Origin: an uncultured Verrucomicrobiae bacterium
GTDB taxonomy: Bacteria; Verrucomicrobiota; Verrucomicrobiia; Limisphaerales; UBA11358
Assembly: GCA_963738245.1 (NCBI GenBank)
Contig: CAVTWB010000015.1
Coordinates: 49,156 to 113,155, forward strand
Length of the DNA stretch: 64,000 nucleotides
Direction: 5' to 3'
Positions 23,412 through 33,016 of this stretch are shown here, piece after piece. Position numbers and translations under genes: made by a program. Under the pieces are notes generated by a model. The model saw only the letters and a list, made by a program, of their open reading frames with translations, ran no database searches and was not told the origin of the DNA. Numbering within the stretch: the stretch's first letter is position 1; each line of letters opens with the position of its first letter.

Positions 23412-24083
23412 ATGAAAATGAAACATGGCAACATCAAGGTTGAAGTCACCAAGGACGGCCCGTATCTCGTCAGCGGCGGTCCGCCTTTGAGCGAGCAGTG
23501 GATTGTCACCAATGCCGATGGCGACTCCTTGGAATATCGCGAGGGGAAAAAATATCCGGCGCAGGCGCAATATGCCCTTTGCCGCTGCGGACAGTCCGCC
23601 AACAAACCGTTCTGCGACGGCACCCACGCCAAAGTCCGCTTCGACGGCACGGAAACCGCCAGCCATCAGCCCTACTTGGAACAGGCCGAAACCATTGAAG
23701 GTCCGACGATGCGGCTCACCGATCAGGAAAACCTGTGCGCGTTCGCCCGCTTTTGCGACCCGAAGGGCAGGATTTGGAATCTGGTAAAACAGGACAATCC
23801 CGAGGCGCGGGAAATTGTCAAACACGAGGCCGGACATTGTCCCGCCGGACGATTGGTGATTTGGGATAAAAAGACCGGCAAAGCCATCGAACCGGAGTTC
23901 GAACCGTCGCTCGGCCTGATTGAGGACACGGAGAAAAAGGTCGGCGGCCCCATCTGGGTGCGCGGCGGGATACCGGTCGTTTCCGCCGACGGGAAGACCT
24001 ATGAAATTCGGAACCGGCTGACCTTGTGCCGCTGCGGCAGTTCAGCCAACAAACCCTTCTGCGACGGGTCGCACGCAGCCTGA
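23412..24083 (+). CDS. CDGSH iron-sulfur domain protein (two CDGSH plus a divergent 4Fe-4S domain)
   Basis: LCRCGQSANKPFCDGTH, LCAFARFC...CPAGRL, LCRCGSSANKPFCDGSH. Confidence 0.92.
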   Translation: MKMKHGNIKVEVTKDGPYLVSGGPPLSEQWIVTNADGDSLEYREGKKYPAQAQYALCRCGQSANKPFCDGTHAKVRFDGTETASHQPYLEQAETIEGPTMRLTDQENLCAFARFCDPKGRIWNLVKQDNPEAREIVKHEAGHCPAGRLVIWDKKTGKAIEPEFEPSLGLIEDTEKKVGGPIWVRGGIPVVSADGKTYEIRNRLTLCRCGSSANKPFCDGSHAA

Positions 24084-24183
24084 CCTTGATGCGCCCACCG
24101 AAGTTAATACACGCTTCAGCCAGATGGCAACCTTGCAGGGCAAATCGCTTTACACCACCACGCCAATCTTCAAGAAATGATTG

Positions 24184-24300
24184 ATGAAGCGCTACGAGTG
24201 GCTCCAGTTCGATGCCGACGACACACTTTTTGACTATGACCGGGCAGGGAACTTGGCGCTCAAGGAAGTATTTCAATTTCCCGGCATAGCTTTTCAAGCA
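24184..24300 (+). pseudogene. 5' remnant of YjjG-like HAD nucleotidase
   Basis: MKRYEWLQFDADDTLFDYD HAD motif I; the rest of the long ORF is antisense to the MFS gene. Confidence 0.6.
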
Positions 24301-24309
24301 GCGCCTGAT

Positions 24310-25542
24310 TCAGCGCGACAGCTGGTTGGCGTCTTTTTCCTCGACAAAGCGCAGGCCGTGGATATGGCGTCTGCCGATGAGCAAAATTCCAAAGCCGATC
24401 CACGAGGTCGCGGCCAGCACGAGCGTCACCGGCAGCATCGTGTGCGAGTCAAAGATGCCGATGCTCGCGGTCGCGAGGCCGGACACGCCGATCTGCAGAA
24501 AGCCCAGCATGGCGGAGGCGCTGCCGATGTTGCGGTCGAACGGCACCAGCGCCAGCGCCGCCGCGTTCGGAAAGGCCAGGCCGAGACTGGACAGCGCGAT
24601 GAACAGCAGCACGAGCGTGCCGGTCAGACCAAACCATCCGCATATCGTTCCCACCAGGAACAGAAGCGCCACGGGACATTCCACCAGCAGCGTGGCGCGA
24701 AAGATTTGTTCGCTGGAAAATTTTCGCAGCAGCAGGATATTGATCTGGTTGCTGCCGATGAAGCCGACGGCCAGGCCGGCGAAGATGGCGCCAAACTTTT
24801 GCGGGCTGACGTGAAACACCTCCATGAAGATGATGGGCGAACTCGCCACATAAACCAGCAGGCCGGAGAAGGCGAACGCGCCGGAGAGCGCGTAGGTGGC
24901 GAACTGTGGTTCCTTCAGGACGGCGGCGTAGTTGTGGAAGATGGGCCGGAGCCGCAGCGAGACGGTGGAATCTGGTTGGTGACCTTGCGGCAATCGCAGC
25001 CAGCAGACGGCCAGCATCAGGGCCACGAACGCGGCCAGGACGATGAACACCCATTGCCAGCCAAGATTGACAGCCACAAACACTCCGACGCTGGGCGCGA
25101 ACAGCGGAGAGACGCTTAAGATCAGGATCAGCAGCGAGATGATCTTGGCAGTTTCCTTCGCGGGAAAGAAGTCCCGCACCATCGCCATGCCCGCCACCTG
25201 CGCGGCGCAACCGCCCAGCGCCTGCACGAACCGCATGGCGATGAGCCATTCCACCGTGCGCGAGCACAGGCAGGAGACGGAGGCGGCGATGAACAGAATC
25301 ATGCCGGCATACAACGGCAGTTTGCGTCCGAACCGGTCGAGCAGCGGGCCGTAGAAAAGCTGCCCGGCGGCCAGTCCGGCAAAGTAGCTGGCAATGGAAA
25401 GGGAAATCCGGGCGGTGGACGTGTGCAGCGCGTCGGCGATTTGTGGAAACGCCGGCAGATACATGTCAATGGCGAACGGGCTGATGGTGGAAAGCGCGCC
25501 GAGGATGACGATGATCAAATACCGGTTGTGGGATTGAGGCAT
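24310..25542 (-). CDS. Bcr/CflA family MFS multidrug efflux transporter
   Basis: PFAIDMYLPAFP, GQLFYGPLLDRFGRK, RFVQALGG; 12 TM. Confidence 0.93.
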   Translation of the reverse strand: MPQSHNRYLIIVILGALSTISPFAIDMYLPAFPQIADALHTSTARISLSIASYFAGLAAGQLFYGPLLDRFGRKLPLYAGMILFIAASVSCLCSRTVEWLIAMRFVQALGGCAAQVAGMAMVRDFFPAKETAKIISLLILILSVSPLFAPSVGVFVAVNLGWQWVFIVLAAFVALMLAVCWLRLPQGHQPDSTVSLRLRPIFHNYAAVLKEPQFATYALSGAFAFSGLLVYVASSPIIFMEVFHVSPQKFGAIFAGLAVGFIGSNQINILLLRKFSSEQIFRATLLVECPVALLFLVGTICGWFGLTGTLVLLFIALSSLGLAFPNAAALALVPFDRNIGSASAMLGFLQIGVSGLATASIGIFDSHTMLPVTLVLAATSWIGFGILLIGRRHIHGLRFVEEKDANQLSR

Positions 25543-25841
25543 AAACTGGTTTTAAGCAAAAGAATCGGTGGCAGGCCTAAACCGCCGGGGTAAATTGAAC
25601 GACATCCATGTTGACACGATGACGGTTTCCAACGTTCCGGGTCAAGATGCAAATCGCGTTTGAACCGCCGGTCCCGTTCACGCGATTGCCATCACGGCGC
25701 GGCGGGCGCAGCCTGTATGGAAATCGCCAGTCCCAGAACAAACAATGATTGCCAGAAACAATTCTGAAACTTCTCGATTTCCTTCGAAAACGGGCGTATT
25801 CAGGGACACGCCTGACGATTGTCAATCGCCGGCCTTTTTTT

Positions 25842-26069
25842 ATGATTCAAACGGGACATGCTAAAAACAAGTTGCGGACGCAGGTCGTCCACCTCACCGT
25901 TTTGTGCCCCTTCGACCTGACGAATCCCTGCACCTGTCCCCTGCATGAGATCCGGAAAAAATCCTCCATCGAAAGGCTGGACTGGGTGGATTCATTGACC
26001 GACGCGGAGGTTGCAGACATTCTTTCAAACCATCAGGAATGCCTGACCACGAAACTGGCCGGCCAATAA
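25842..26069 (+). CDS. Small Cys/His hypothetical protein
   Basis: CPFDLTNPCTCPLHEIR...HQEC; 75 aa. Confidence 0.6.
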   Translation: MIQTGHAKNKLRTQVVHLTVLCPFDLTNPCTCPLHEIRKKSSIERLDWVDSLTDAEVADILSNHQECLTTKLAGQ

Positions 26070-26099
26070 AAACCCAGCGCGGCCTCTGAAACGGAGACT

Positions 26100-26217
26100 C
26101 CAAGGTTTCGAATGGTTTGACCGCGGCCAGGTGGAGGACACGCGGCTGTTCCTGACGGAGCACCAGACCGGCGGTGTCCGTTCCGACGGCAGCCGCGTCT
26201 ATTTGCAGTTTCAATGA
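26100..26217 (+). pseudogene. 3' fragment of an unidentified gene
   Basis: Start-less GC3-rich frame QGFEWFDRGQVEDTRLFLTEHQTGGVRSDGSRVYLQFQ*. Confidence 0.3.
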
Positions 26218-26227
26218 TACTTTCCTC

Positions 26228-26297
26228 GTGGCAGCCGACCTGAGTCGGCTCTAACTTCCAACCGGAAATAAATGAGCGGACTCACGTCCGCTGCTAC
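26228..26297. repeat. REP-like palindromic doublet
   Basis: GTGGCAGCCGACCTGAGTCGGCTC...GAGCGGACTCACGTCCGCTGCTAC. Confidence 0.75.
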
Positions 26298-26433
26298 TTG
26301 TATTACGGCACGGAGCGGATGCGCCGGAAATGGCTTGGGACGGAGTGGCTGTTTTTTCACAGGCAGCGAATTTAACCCATCTTTTACGACGGGCCACTGC
26401 CTTCTCATCTAATCTAGTTAGGCCACATGGCTC

Positions 26434-26790
26434 TCATTCAATCTTCCTGTGTATCTCGGCGTCAACTACCAAGTTGGTGCTGGCAAGCTGCTCAATCTTG
26501 GCGCGCAAACTCAACCTCTCATCGTTCGTGCCAGCATGAAGCGCATAAACACGATAATATGTTCCTATCGGCTTGGAAAGCCACTGAACTGCTTTTTGTG
26601 TGTCGCCGGATTCAACTAATGGAATGGCTCGCATGGCGATAATCGCAGCCGCAGTGTCATCCGCAGTCATGGCCAGCATCTCTCGATGGGCATCTCGGTT
26701 GGCTTTGGCAATCGGCCTCGTGTATCCGAAATACCAGCCGATTCCGGCACCAACTAACAAGCCAATCAGTAAAATGATGATAGTTTTCAT
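26434..26790 (-). CDS. Hypothetical membrane-anchored protein (lower GC)
   Basis: N-term TM MKTIIILLIGLLVGAGIGWYFGY; 118 aa. Confidence 0.7.
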   Translation of the reverse strand: MKTIIILLIGLLVGAGIGWYFGYTRPIAKANRDAHREMLAMTADDTAAAIIAMRAIPLVESGDTQKAVQWLSKPIGTYYRVYALHAGTNDERLSLRAKIEQLASTNLVVDAEIHRKIE

Positions 26791-26966
26791 GGGCGTGTAA
26801 TGTTTTCTAACTATAAGATATTCAGCCTCGGCGCATGCACAACCCCATGCACGGTTGTTTTCGTCCTGGCCTTTGGTGGCATGGTTTTAAGAAAGCACAT
26901 TTGTAAATTTCCCTCAAGGATTATCAGCGCCACAAAACCTCAAAAGCCGGCCCCGTTTTAGCGCCG

Positions 26967-27893
26967 TCACGGCACGACGATCTGCACGGTGTCGCTCGGT
27001 GCGGCCTGGCCGGCGTCGTTGGCGGCGACGACATATATCTTCAACAGCTTGCCGCTGGGCTGGCCGGTCAGCGTGGCGTCGCACTCGGTCACGGTGGTGA
27101 TGTTGACCGGGATGGGGTCCACGCCGTCAATCTGTTTATACACGCGGAAGCGCGTGGCGCGGGACGGATTGCTCCAGTGGATCAGCACCGTGCCCGCCGG
27201 CCCGGCCACCAGCACCAGACCGTCCACCGAATCCGGCAGGTTGGTCGCGCCGGGTTCGTTCAGGCCAAACGCCAGCCACAACGGGTCCGTGGCGTCCAGC
27301 AACTGGCCAAGTTCGTTGATGAGTCCCATCATGCGCTCGCGCAATGTCTCTTCGGCGGCGTCGCGCAGGATCCGCTTTTTGGCGGCGTCCGCGTTGCCGT
27401 CCGCCGCCGCCACGCGCGCGGTGGAAAGCGCGGTGAAGAGCGTGCCGGACAGCACGGCGGTGACGGTGATTTTGGTGGTGCTGACCTCCATGTCGGGGTT
27501 GAGGATAAAAAAGTTCTTGAGCGAGAGCAGCAATGCCTGCCGTTTGGACTGCGTGGCCGGCACGGCGGTGGACAGGTCGGGAAAGCCGGTGGCCGTCCAG
27601 GACTGGTTCCAGCTTTCGCCCAGATTGGCCACCAGCACGCGGCGCGCGGAGCCGATGAAGGCCTTGCCGTTGGAATCGGCCACCGTCACGGCGGTGCTGA
27701 AGCCGGTTTTGGCGCTCGACGCCGTCTTGAAGACGCCTTGCGCGAGGATGGTGGCGTCCAGATCGGCGCGCACGTCCACTTCCAGATTTTGTTTGAGTTC
27801 GATGGCCTCCTCGTGGTTGTGGCAGCCGTCGGCCATGTCTTCGCCGAGGGTGAACAGGTCGTCGAGAGGATCGGGGAGTCTGTTTGAGGCCAT
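26967..27893 (-). CDS. Long helical N-domain plus C-terminal FN3-like protein
   Basis: Host-like GC3; C-term VLIHWS..RATRFRVYK...LTGQPSGKLLKIYVVAANDAGQAAPS is FN3-like; no signal peptide. Confidence 0.8.
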   Translation of the reverse strand: MASNRLPDPLDDLFTLGEDMADGCHNHEEAIELKQNLEVDVRADLDATILAQGVFKTASSAKTGFSTAVTVADSNGKAFIGSARRVLVANLGESWNQSWTATGFPDLSTAVPATQSKRQALLLSLKNFFILNPDMEVSTTKITVTAVLSGTLFTALSTARVAAADGNADAAKKRILRDAAEETLRERMMGLINELGQLLDATDPLWLAFGLNEPGATNLPDSVDGLVLVAGPAGTVLIHWSNPSRATRFRVYKQIDGVDPIPVNITTVTECDATLTGQPSGKLLKIYVVAANDAGQAAPSDTVQIVVP

Positions 27894-27934
27894 AATGTTA
27901 TGGGAGCAGTGAGTTATAGTTGAGGTTTAGGAGT

Positions 27935-28475
27935 AAATTGGGCGTGGCTGGTGAAAACGACGGTCGTTTCGTCATGTTTCCGCAGTTTCCAGGTGAAAAT
28001 GATGTTCGCGGCACTTGATTCCCACCGTTTTGGGTCAAAAATTCTGTCGTTTGACCCTGCTCCCGCCGTGGCTGGGCAAAAAAACCGGATTTCCTGCCCT
28101 CCCACGGCCGTGGCAGTGCGATTTGATTGGGCAAAACGGCCAACCACGGCGTGAACAGGGGTTTTGACCGGTCGTTGGACCCTCCCACGGCCATGGCACG
28201 GTGATTTGATTGGACAAAATGGCCGTTCACGGCGTGAACAGGCAATTTGGCCGGTCGTTTGGCCCTCCCACCGCCGTGACCGGGTGGAAAAAGCCAGTTT
28301 TTGGGTGTGCTCCCGCCGTGGATGGGTGAAAAATCCGGATTTTTCACCGTGCCACCGCCGTGGCCGGGTGGCAAAAGCAAACGTTGGGGATGGCCACTGC
28401 GGCGGGCGGGTAAAACAGCCGTCATGCCGGATGGAAATTGGCGTGGCTGTGAAGATGGTTGGTGAAACGTCGGGA
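27935..28475. repeat. Degenerate 41-42-bp tandem array B (~13 units)
   Basis: CCGCCGTGG-like core recurs with its CGTG at 27943, 28026, 28067, 28109, 28150, 28192, 28233, 28275, 28317, 28359, ~28401, 28442; 83-bp duplication 28101-28183/28184-28266. Confidence 0.85.
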
Positions 28476-28787
28476 CTCTTACTTCTGACTTGTTTAGCAC
28501 TGCGATAATTAAATCATCTCCGAAGTGGCGGGGCGGCGCTCAACATCCCTTGGCAATCTTCGGCTGTTTTTTGTGATGTCGCACGAAACGCGCCGGAAAT
28601 GCCGCCGGAAATAACAAAAGGGCAGAGAATCAACCTTGCGCCCGCGAAAATCGTATCTCGTGTCCCAACCGGGACAATGTGAAAACAGCCCGGCATTTGA
28701 ACGCCGGGAACCCCGTAGCACGGGGCGGCCACCAGCGAGTCCCGGAGGCCCGACACCACAAATAAATTGAGACCGCAGCAAAAGGAA

Positions 28788-28870
28788 CGTGGCGGCTTTC
28801 GGCAGAAAGCCGGATTTCATCTGTTTTACGTCGCAGAAGATTTGCGGCGCTCTGCCGGGACGCCGCTGCG
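28788..28870. repeat. REP-like palindromic doublet
   Basis: CGTGGCGGCTTTCGGCAGAAAGCCG...GCGGCGCTCTGCCGGGACGCCGCTGCG; copies at 42372-42448 and ~46470-46544. Confidence 0.8.
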
Positions 28871-29032
28871 GCACGGCGCGGCTGTCTGGTGAAGTCAAGC
28901 GGTGTTTGCCGTGCGGTGGCGGCCGGATTCAACCGGCTTTGCGGCTGGTTTGGGGGCGTCAACCATATCTCCGGCCAATTAGTCTTGCCAAATTCAACGG
29001 CTTTCTTACATTGTCCGGCCTATTTTCAATTT

Positions 29033-29386
29033 ATGCACTTAAACACATTCCTGGCGCAGGCCGCCGCGCCCGCCGCCGCCCCTGCCGCCGGTCAAACCGC
29101 CCAGCCCCAGCAGTCCCCATTGTTCGGTTTTCTCCCGATGATCCTGCTGGTCGTCGTTTTTTACTTTATCCTGATCCGTCCGCAGCAGAAGCGCGCCAAG
29201 GCATTGGCGGCGCTGGTGAGCAGCATCAAGACGGGCGACAAGGTCGTGACCGCCGCCGGCATCATCGGCACGGTCATCACGGTCAAGGACAAATCCGTCA
29301 CGCTCCGGTCCGCCGACACCAAGATGGAAGTCACGAAATCTTCCGTCACGGAAATCCTGGAAGGCAGCGCCGCGACCGAAGCCTAA
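29033..29386 (+). CDS. yajC: Preprotein translocase subunit YajC
   Basis: FYFILIRPQQKR, GDKVVTAAGIIGTV; upstream of secDF. Confidence 0.95.
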   Translation: MHLNTFLAQAAAPAAAPAAGQTAQPQQSPLFGFLPMILLVVVFYFILIRPQQKRAKALAALVSSIKTGDKVVTAAGIIGTVITVKDKSVTLRSADTKMEVTKSSVTEILEGSAATEA

Positions 29387-29392
29387 TTCATC

Positions 29393-31954
29393 ATGAAGCA
29401 AAACAACCGCTGGAGATTCATTCTCGTCATTCTCATCGTCGTCTGGTCGCTTTTCGAAATTTACCCGCCGTCCTCGCGCAACCTGGTGTCGGAGTTCGCG
29501 TCGCGCGCGGAGAACACGGACGCGGCGTTCACGAACATCCTGACGCGGCTCGCGCCGCTGGAAGCTGCCCGGCCGGATCTGGCGTTCGTCAATCTGCAGG
29601 AAGCCATCGGCACGAACGACATCGAGAAATATTTCCCGTTCATCGCCGCGAACAATGAGCTGAACCCGACGACGTTCATCCTGAACCAGATTCAGCGCGA
29701 CGCCTCGGGCAAGATCAAACTCGGTCTCGATTTGCAGGGCGGCACGTCGTTCCTCGTCGAGATGGACACGAACGCGCTGGCGAATGCCGAGGAGCAGACG
29801 GGCACGAACGCCGTTTCGCGCACGCCGGACATCAGCGGGGCGTTGTCGCAGGCGGTCGAGGTGCTGCGCAAACGCGTGGACGCTTTTGGCGTGGCCGAGC
29901 CGGTCATCCAGCCGGCGGGCGGCAACCGCATTTTGATCCAGTTGCCCGGCTTGTCGCAGTCGGCCAAGGAAAGCGCAAAGAACCAGATTCAGAAGGCCGC
30001 CTATCTGGAATTCCGCATGGTGAAGGATGACAGCGAAGAAATTGTCAACAGCAAGACCGGCCAGATTTTGCAGCCGATTCCGCCGGGCTATGAATTGCTG
30101 AAGAAGATTGAGCAGCAGCCCAGCGGCCCGCCGATCGCCGAATATCTTGTGGTCAAGAAGAAGGCCGAGAATGGTCTCGCGGGCGACATCATTGAAAACG
30201 CCGGCGTGAGCCGTGACAATCTGGGCAACGCGGTGATTGAATTCAGGCTCACCAAGGACGGCGGCATGCGCTTCGGCGAGGTGACGCAGAACAACATCGG
30301 CCACCGGCTGGCGATCGTGCTGGACGGCGAGCTGTATTCCGCGCCGAACATCCAGGGCGCGATTTTAACCGGCAGCGGCGAGATCACCGGCCATTTCACG
30401 GATCAAGACGCCTTTGCGCTGGCGAACGTGCTGCAAAATCCGCTGCGCGCGCCGCTGAAGATTGTCTCTTCCGAAGACGTTGACCCGACGCTGGGCAAGG
30501 ATTCCATCCACAGCGGAATCATGGCGTCCGTCTATGCCATCATTTTCGTCTCGCTGTTCATGCTGGTTTATTACCGGTTCGCCGGACTCGCGGCCAACGT
30601 CGCGCTGGTCACGAACATCATTATTTTGATGGGCGTCATGTGCTCCATCGGCACGACGCTGACGTTGCCGGGCATCGCGGGCATCGTGCTGACCGTCGGC
30701 ATGGCGGTGGACGCGAACGTGCTGATTTACGAACGATTGCGCGAGGAAATGGCCAAGGGCAAGTCGCTGCGCGGCGCCATCGCCGCCGGCTACGCCCGCG
30801 CGTTCGGCACGATTTTCGATTCGCACGTCACGACGCTTATCTCGTCGGTCATTTTGATTTTCATGGGCACGGGGCCGATCAAGGGCTTCGGCGTGACGTT
30901 GAGCATCGGTATCGCGGCGAGCTTGTTCACCTCGCTGGTGGTGACGCGGCTGATCTTCAACTTCCTGCTCGACCGGAACTGGATCACTTCGCTCTCAATG
31001 TTGCACCTCATCAAGAGCGCGAAGGTCAACTTCATGAAAATCGCCACGCCGCTCTTTGTGCTGACGTGGACTTTTGTCGTCATCTCGCTCGCCTTCGGGA
31101 TTTTTGCGCGCGGCGAAAAACTGTTCGGCGTGGACTTCCGCGGCGGCGACAGCACGACCTTCACCTTTGCGCAGAAACTCGACGTGGAGCAGATCCGTTC
31201 CGCGCTCACGGCTGACGGTGAAAAGGACGCGCAAATCCAATATCAAAAAGACGTGGCCGCCGGCACGGAAACCCTGCGTGTGACGACGGCCATCGGCACG
31301 TCGCAAAAAGTCCAGCAGTTGCTGGAGGATAAATTTGCCGACGCCAAGCTGAAGCCGTTGAGCGAACAGAACGTCGGCGCCGTCGTCGGCCAGGAGATCC
31401 AGCGCTCGGCCATCATCGCGTCGCTGCTCTCGCTGTTCGGCATTCTGGTTTACGTCGCGTTACGCTACGAATTTTCCTTCGCCGTGGCCGCCGTCGTCGC
31501 GGTGATTCACGACGTGCTGCTGACCATCGGCTGCTATTGCATCGCCAACGCCACGTCCGGGCGCGAGTTCAACGCGACCGTCGTCGCCGCCGTCCTGACC
31601 ATCATCGGCTTTTCCATCAACGACAAAATCGTCATCTTCGACCGCATCCGCGAGGACTTGAAGCTCGGCGCGCGCGGCACGTTCAAGGAAATCATCAACC
31701 AGGCGCTCAACCAGACGTTGAGCCGCACGATCATCACGTCCGGCACGGTGTTTCTGGCGACGATGTCTTTGTATGTTTTCGGCGGCGGCGTCATCAACGA
31801 CTTCGCGTTCACCTTCCTCATCGGCATCATCACCGGCACCTATTCCTCCATCTACATCGCCAGCGCGATTGTCCTGTGGTGGCACAAAGGCGAGCGCCCG
31901 AACATCGGCGGGTCGGCGGTGACGATGCAAAACGCCCCGTCGGCGAAGGTTTGA
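29393..31954 (+). CDS. secDF: Fused protein translocase SecDF
   Basis: LGLDLQGG, GMAVDANVLIYER (SecD); GVDFRGG, GFSINDKIVIFDRIRE, GTYSSIYIA (SecF). Confidence 0.97.
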   Translation: MKQNNRWRFILVILIVVWSLFEIYPPSSRNLVSEFASRAENTDAAFTNILTRLAPLEAARPDLAFVNLQEAIGTNDIEKYFPFIAANNELNPTTFILNQIQRDASGKIKLGLDLQGGTSFLVEMDTNALANAEEQTGTNAVSRTPDISGALSQAVEVLRKRVDAFGVAEPVIQPAGGNRILIQLPGLSQSAKESAKNQIQKAAYLEFRMVKDDSEEIVNSKTGQILQPIPPGYELLKKIEQQPSGPPIAEYLVVKKKAENGLAGDIIENAGVSRDNLGNAVIEFRLTKDGGMRFGEVTQNNIGHRLAIVLDGELYSAPNIQGAILTGSGEITGHFTDQDAFALANVLQNPLRAPLKIVSSEDVDPTLGKDSIHSGIMASVYAIIFVSLFMLVYYRFAGLAANVALVTNIIILMGVMCSIGTTLTLPGIAGIVLTVGMAVDANVLIYERLREEMAKGKSLRGAIAAGYARAFGTIFDSHVTTLISSVILIFMGTGPIKGFGVTLSIGIAASLFTSLVVTRLIFNFLLDRNWITSLSMLHLIKSAKVNFMKIATPLFVLTWTFVVISLAFGIFARGEKLFGVDFRGGDSTTFTFAQKLDVEQIRSALTADGEKDAQIQYQKDVAAGTETLRVTTAIGTSQKVQQLLEDKFADAKLKPLSEQNVGAVVGQEIQRSAIIASLLSLFGILVYVALRYEFSFAVAAVVAVIHDVLLTIGCYCIANATSGREFNATVVAAVLTIIGFSINDKIVIFDRIREDLKLGARGTFKEIINQALNQTLSRTIITSGTVFLATMSLYVFGGGVINDFAFTFLIGIITGTYSSIYIASAIVLWWHKGERPNIGGSAVTMQNAPSAKV

Positions 31955-31956
31955 AA

Positions 31957-32031
31957 ATTTACGATTTGCGATTCGCGATTTACGATTGGATTTGCAGTCG
32001 GCGCGTAAATCGTAAATCGTAAATCGTAAAT
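31957..32031. repeat. Inverted heptamer tandem repeats (ATTTACG)n...(CGTAAAT)4
   Basis: Seen directly; the last unit overlaps the ATG of the TerC gene. Confidence 0.85.
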
Positions 32032-33016
32032 GAATCCGATTCCAATCACACCGTGGCACTGGGCGGGATTCATTCTTTGCATCCTTTTTTTCCTTGCGCT
32101 GGACCTGGGACTGTTTCATCGCGGACCGCGCGTTGTCAAATTTGCGGAAGCCCTCGCGTGGAGCATCCTCTGGTTCGCGCTCGCCATGCTGTTCGCCGGC
32201 GCCCTGGCGTGTGCGCGCGGACACGAGGCGGCGGCGCAATTCACCGCCGGCTATCTCATCGAGCTGTCGCTTTCCCTCGACAACCTCATGGTGATCGCGC
32301 TCATTTTTTCCGCCTTCCGCGTGCCGGCGCAATTCCAGCATCGCGTCTTGTTTTGGGGCATCCTCGGCGCGCTCGTGATGCGCGGTGCGATGATCGCCGC
32401 CGGCGTGGCGCTCATTCGCGAATTTGACTGGGTGCTGTATGTGTTCGGCGTGTTCCTCGTTTTCACCGGCATCAAAATGCTTTTTGCCGGCGAGCAAACG
32501 GTCGAGCCGGAGAAAAACATCGTGCTGCGGTTCGTGAAAAAATTGTTTCCCGTCGCGCCGCAATTTGAAGGCGAAAAATTCTTCTCGCGGCTGAACCATC
32601 GTTTCGCGCTCACGCCGCTCGCGCTCGTGCTGGTGCTCGTCGAGACGACCGATCTGGTTTTCGCGGTGGATTCCGTGCCGGCGGTTTTTTCCATCACCAA
32701 GAACGCGTTCATCGTTTTCACCTCGAACGTCTTCGCCATTCTCGGCCTGCGCTCGATGTATTTCCTGCTGGCGGGCGCGCTCGGCTCATTCCGCTACCTG
32801 AAGATCGGCCTGTCCGTCGTGCTGGTTTTCGTCGGCGTGAAAATGCTGATTGATCCGCACGGCCAGCCCGAGAAATGGTTCCAGCTTGAAATTCCCACGA
32901 ACGTCTCGCTGATGGTCGTCGCGGCGGTCGTTTTGATTGCCATCGTCTTGTCCACGATGGTCGCCGAACGCGAAAAACGCACCGGGCAGTCCGGGCCAAA
33001 CCGCAACTCGAAATGA
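32030..33016 (+). CDS. TerC/Alx family membrane protein
   Basis: YLIELSLSLDN, QHRVLFWGILGALVMR, ETTDLVFAVDSVPA, SNVFAILGLRSMYF. Confidence 0.93.
   Translation: MNPIPITPWHWAGFILCILFFLALDLGLFHRGPRVVKFAEALAWSILWFALAMLFAGALACARGHEAAAQFTAGYLIELSLSLDNLMVIALIFSAFRVPAQFQHRVLFWGILGALVMRGAMIAAGVALIREFDWVLYVFGVFLVFTGIKMLFAGEQTVEPEKNIVLRFVKKLFPVAPQFEGEKFFSRLNHRFALTPLALVLVLVETTDLVFAVDSVPAVFSITKNAFIVFTSNVFAILGLRSMYFLLAGALGSFRYLKIGLSVVLVFVGVKMLIDPHGQPEKWFQLEIPTNVSLMVVAAVVLIAIVLSTMVAEREKRTGQSGPNRNSK

Noticed and set aside
24181-25119. 312-aa plus-strand ORF
   Set aside because: Only the first ~38 codons are HAD-like; the rest is the antisense shadow of the Bcr/CflA gene
26370-26423. Complete attC site (GCCTAAC...GTTAAAT)
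   Set aside because: Only 54 bp and the inner L boxes are not complementary
26989-27912. Long plus-strand ORFs opposite the FN3 gene (and similar shadows such as 46775-48781, 53684-55462)
   Set aside because: Antisense shadows typical of high-GC coding DNA; no motifs
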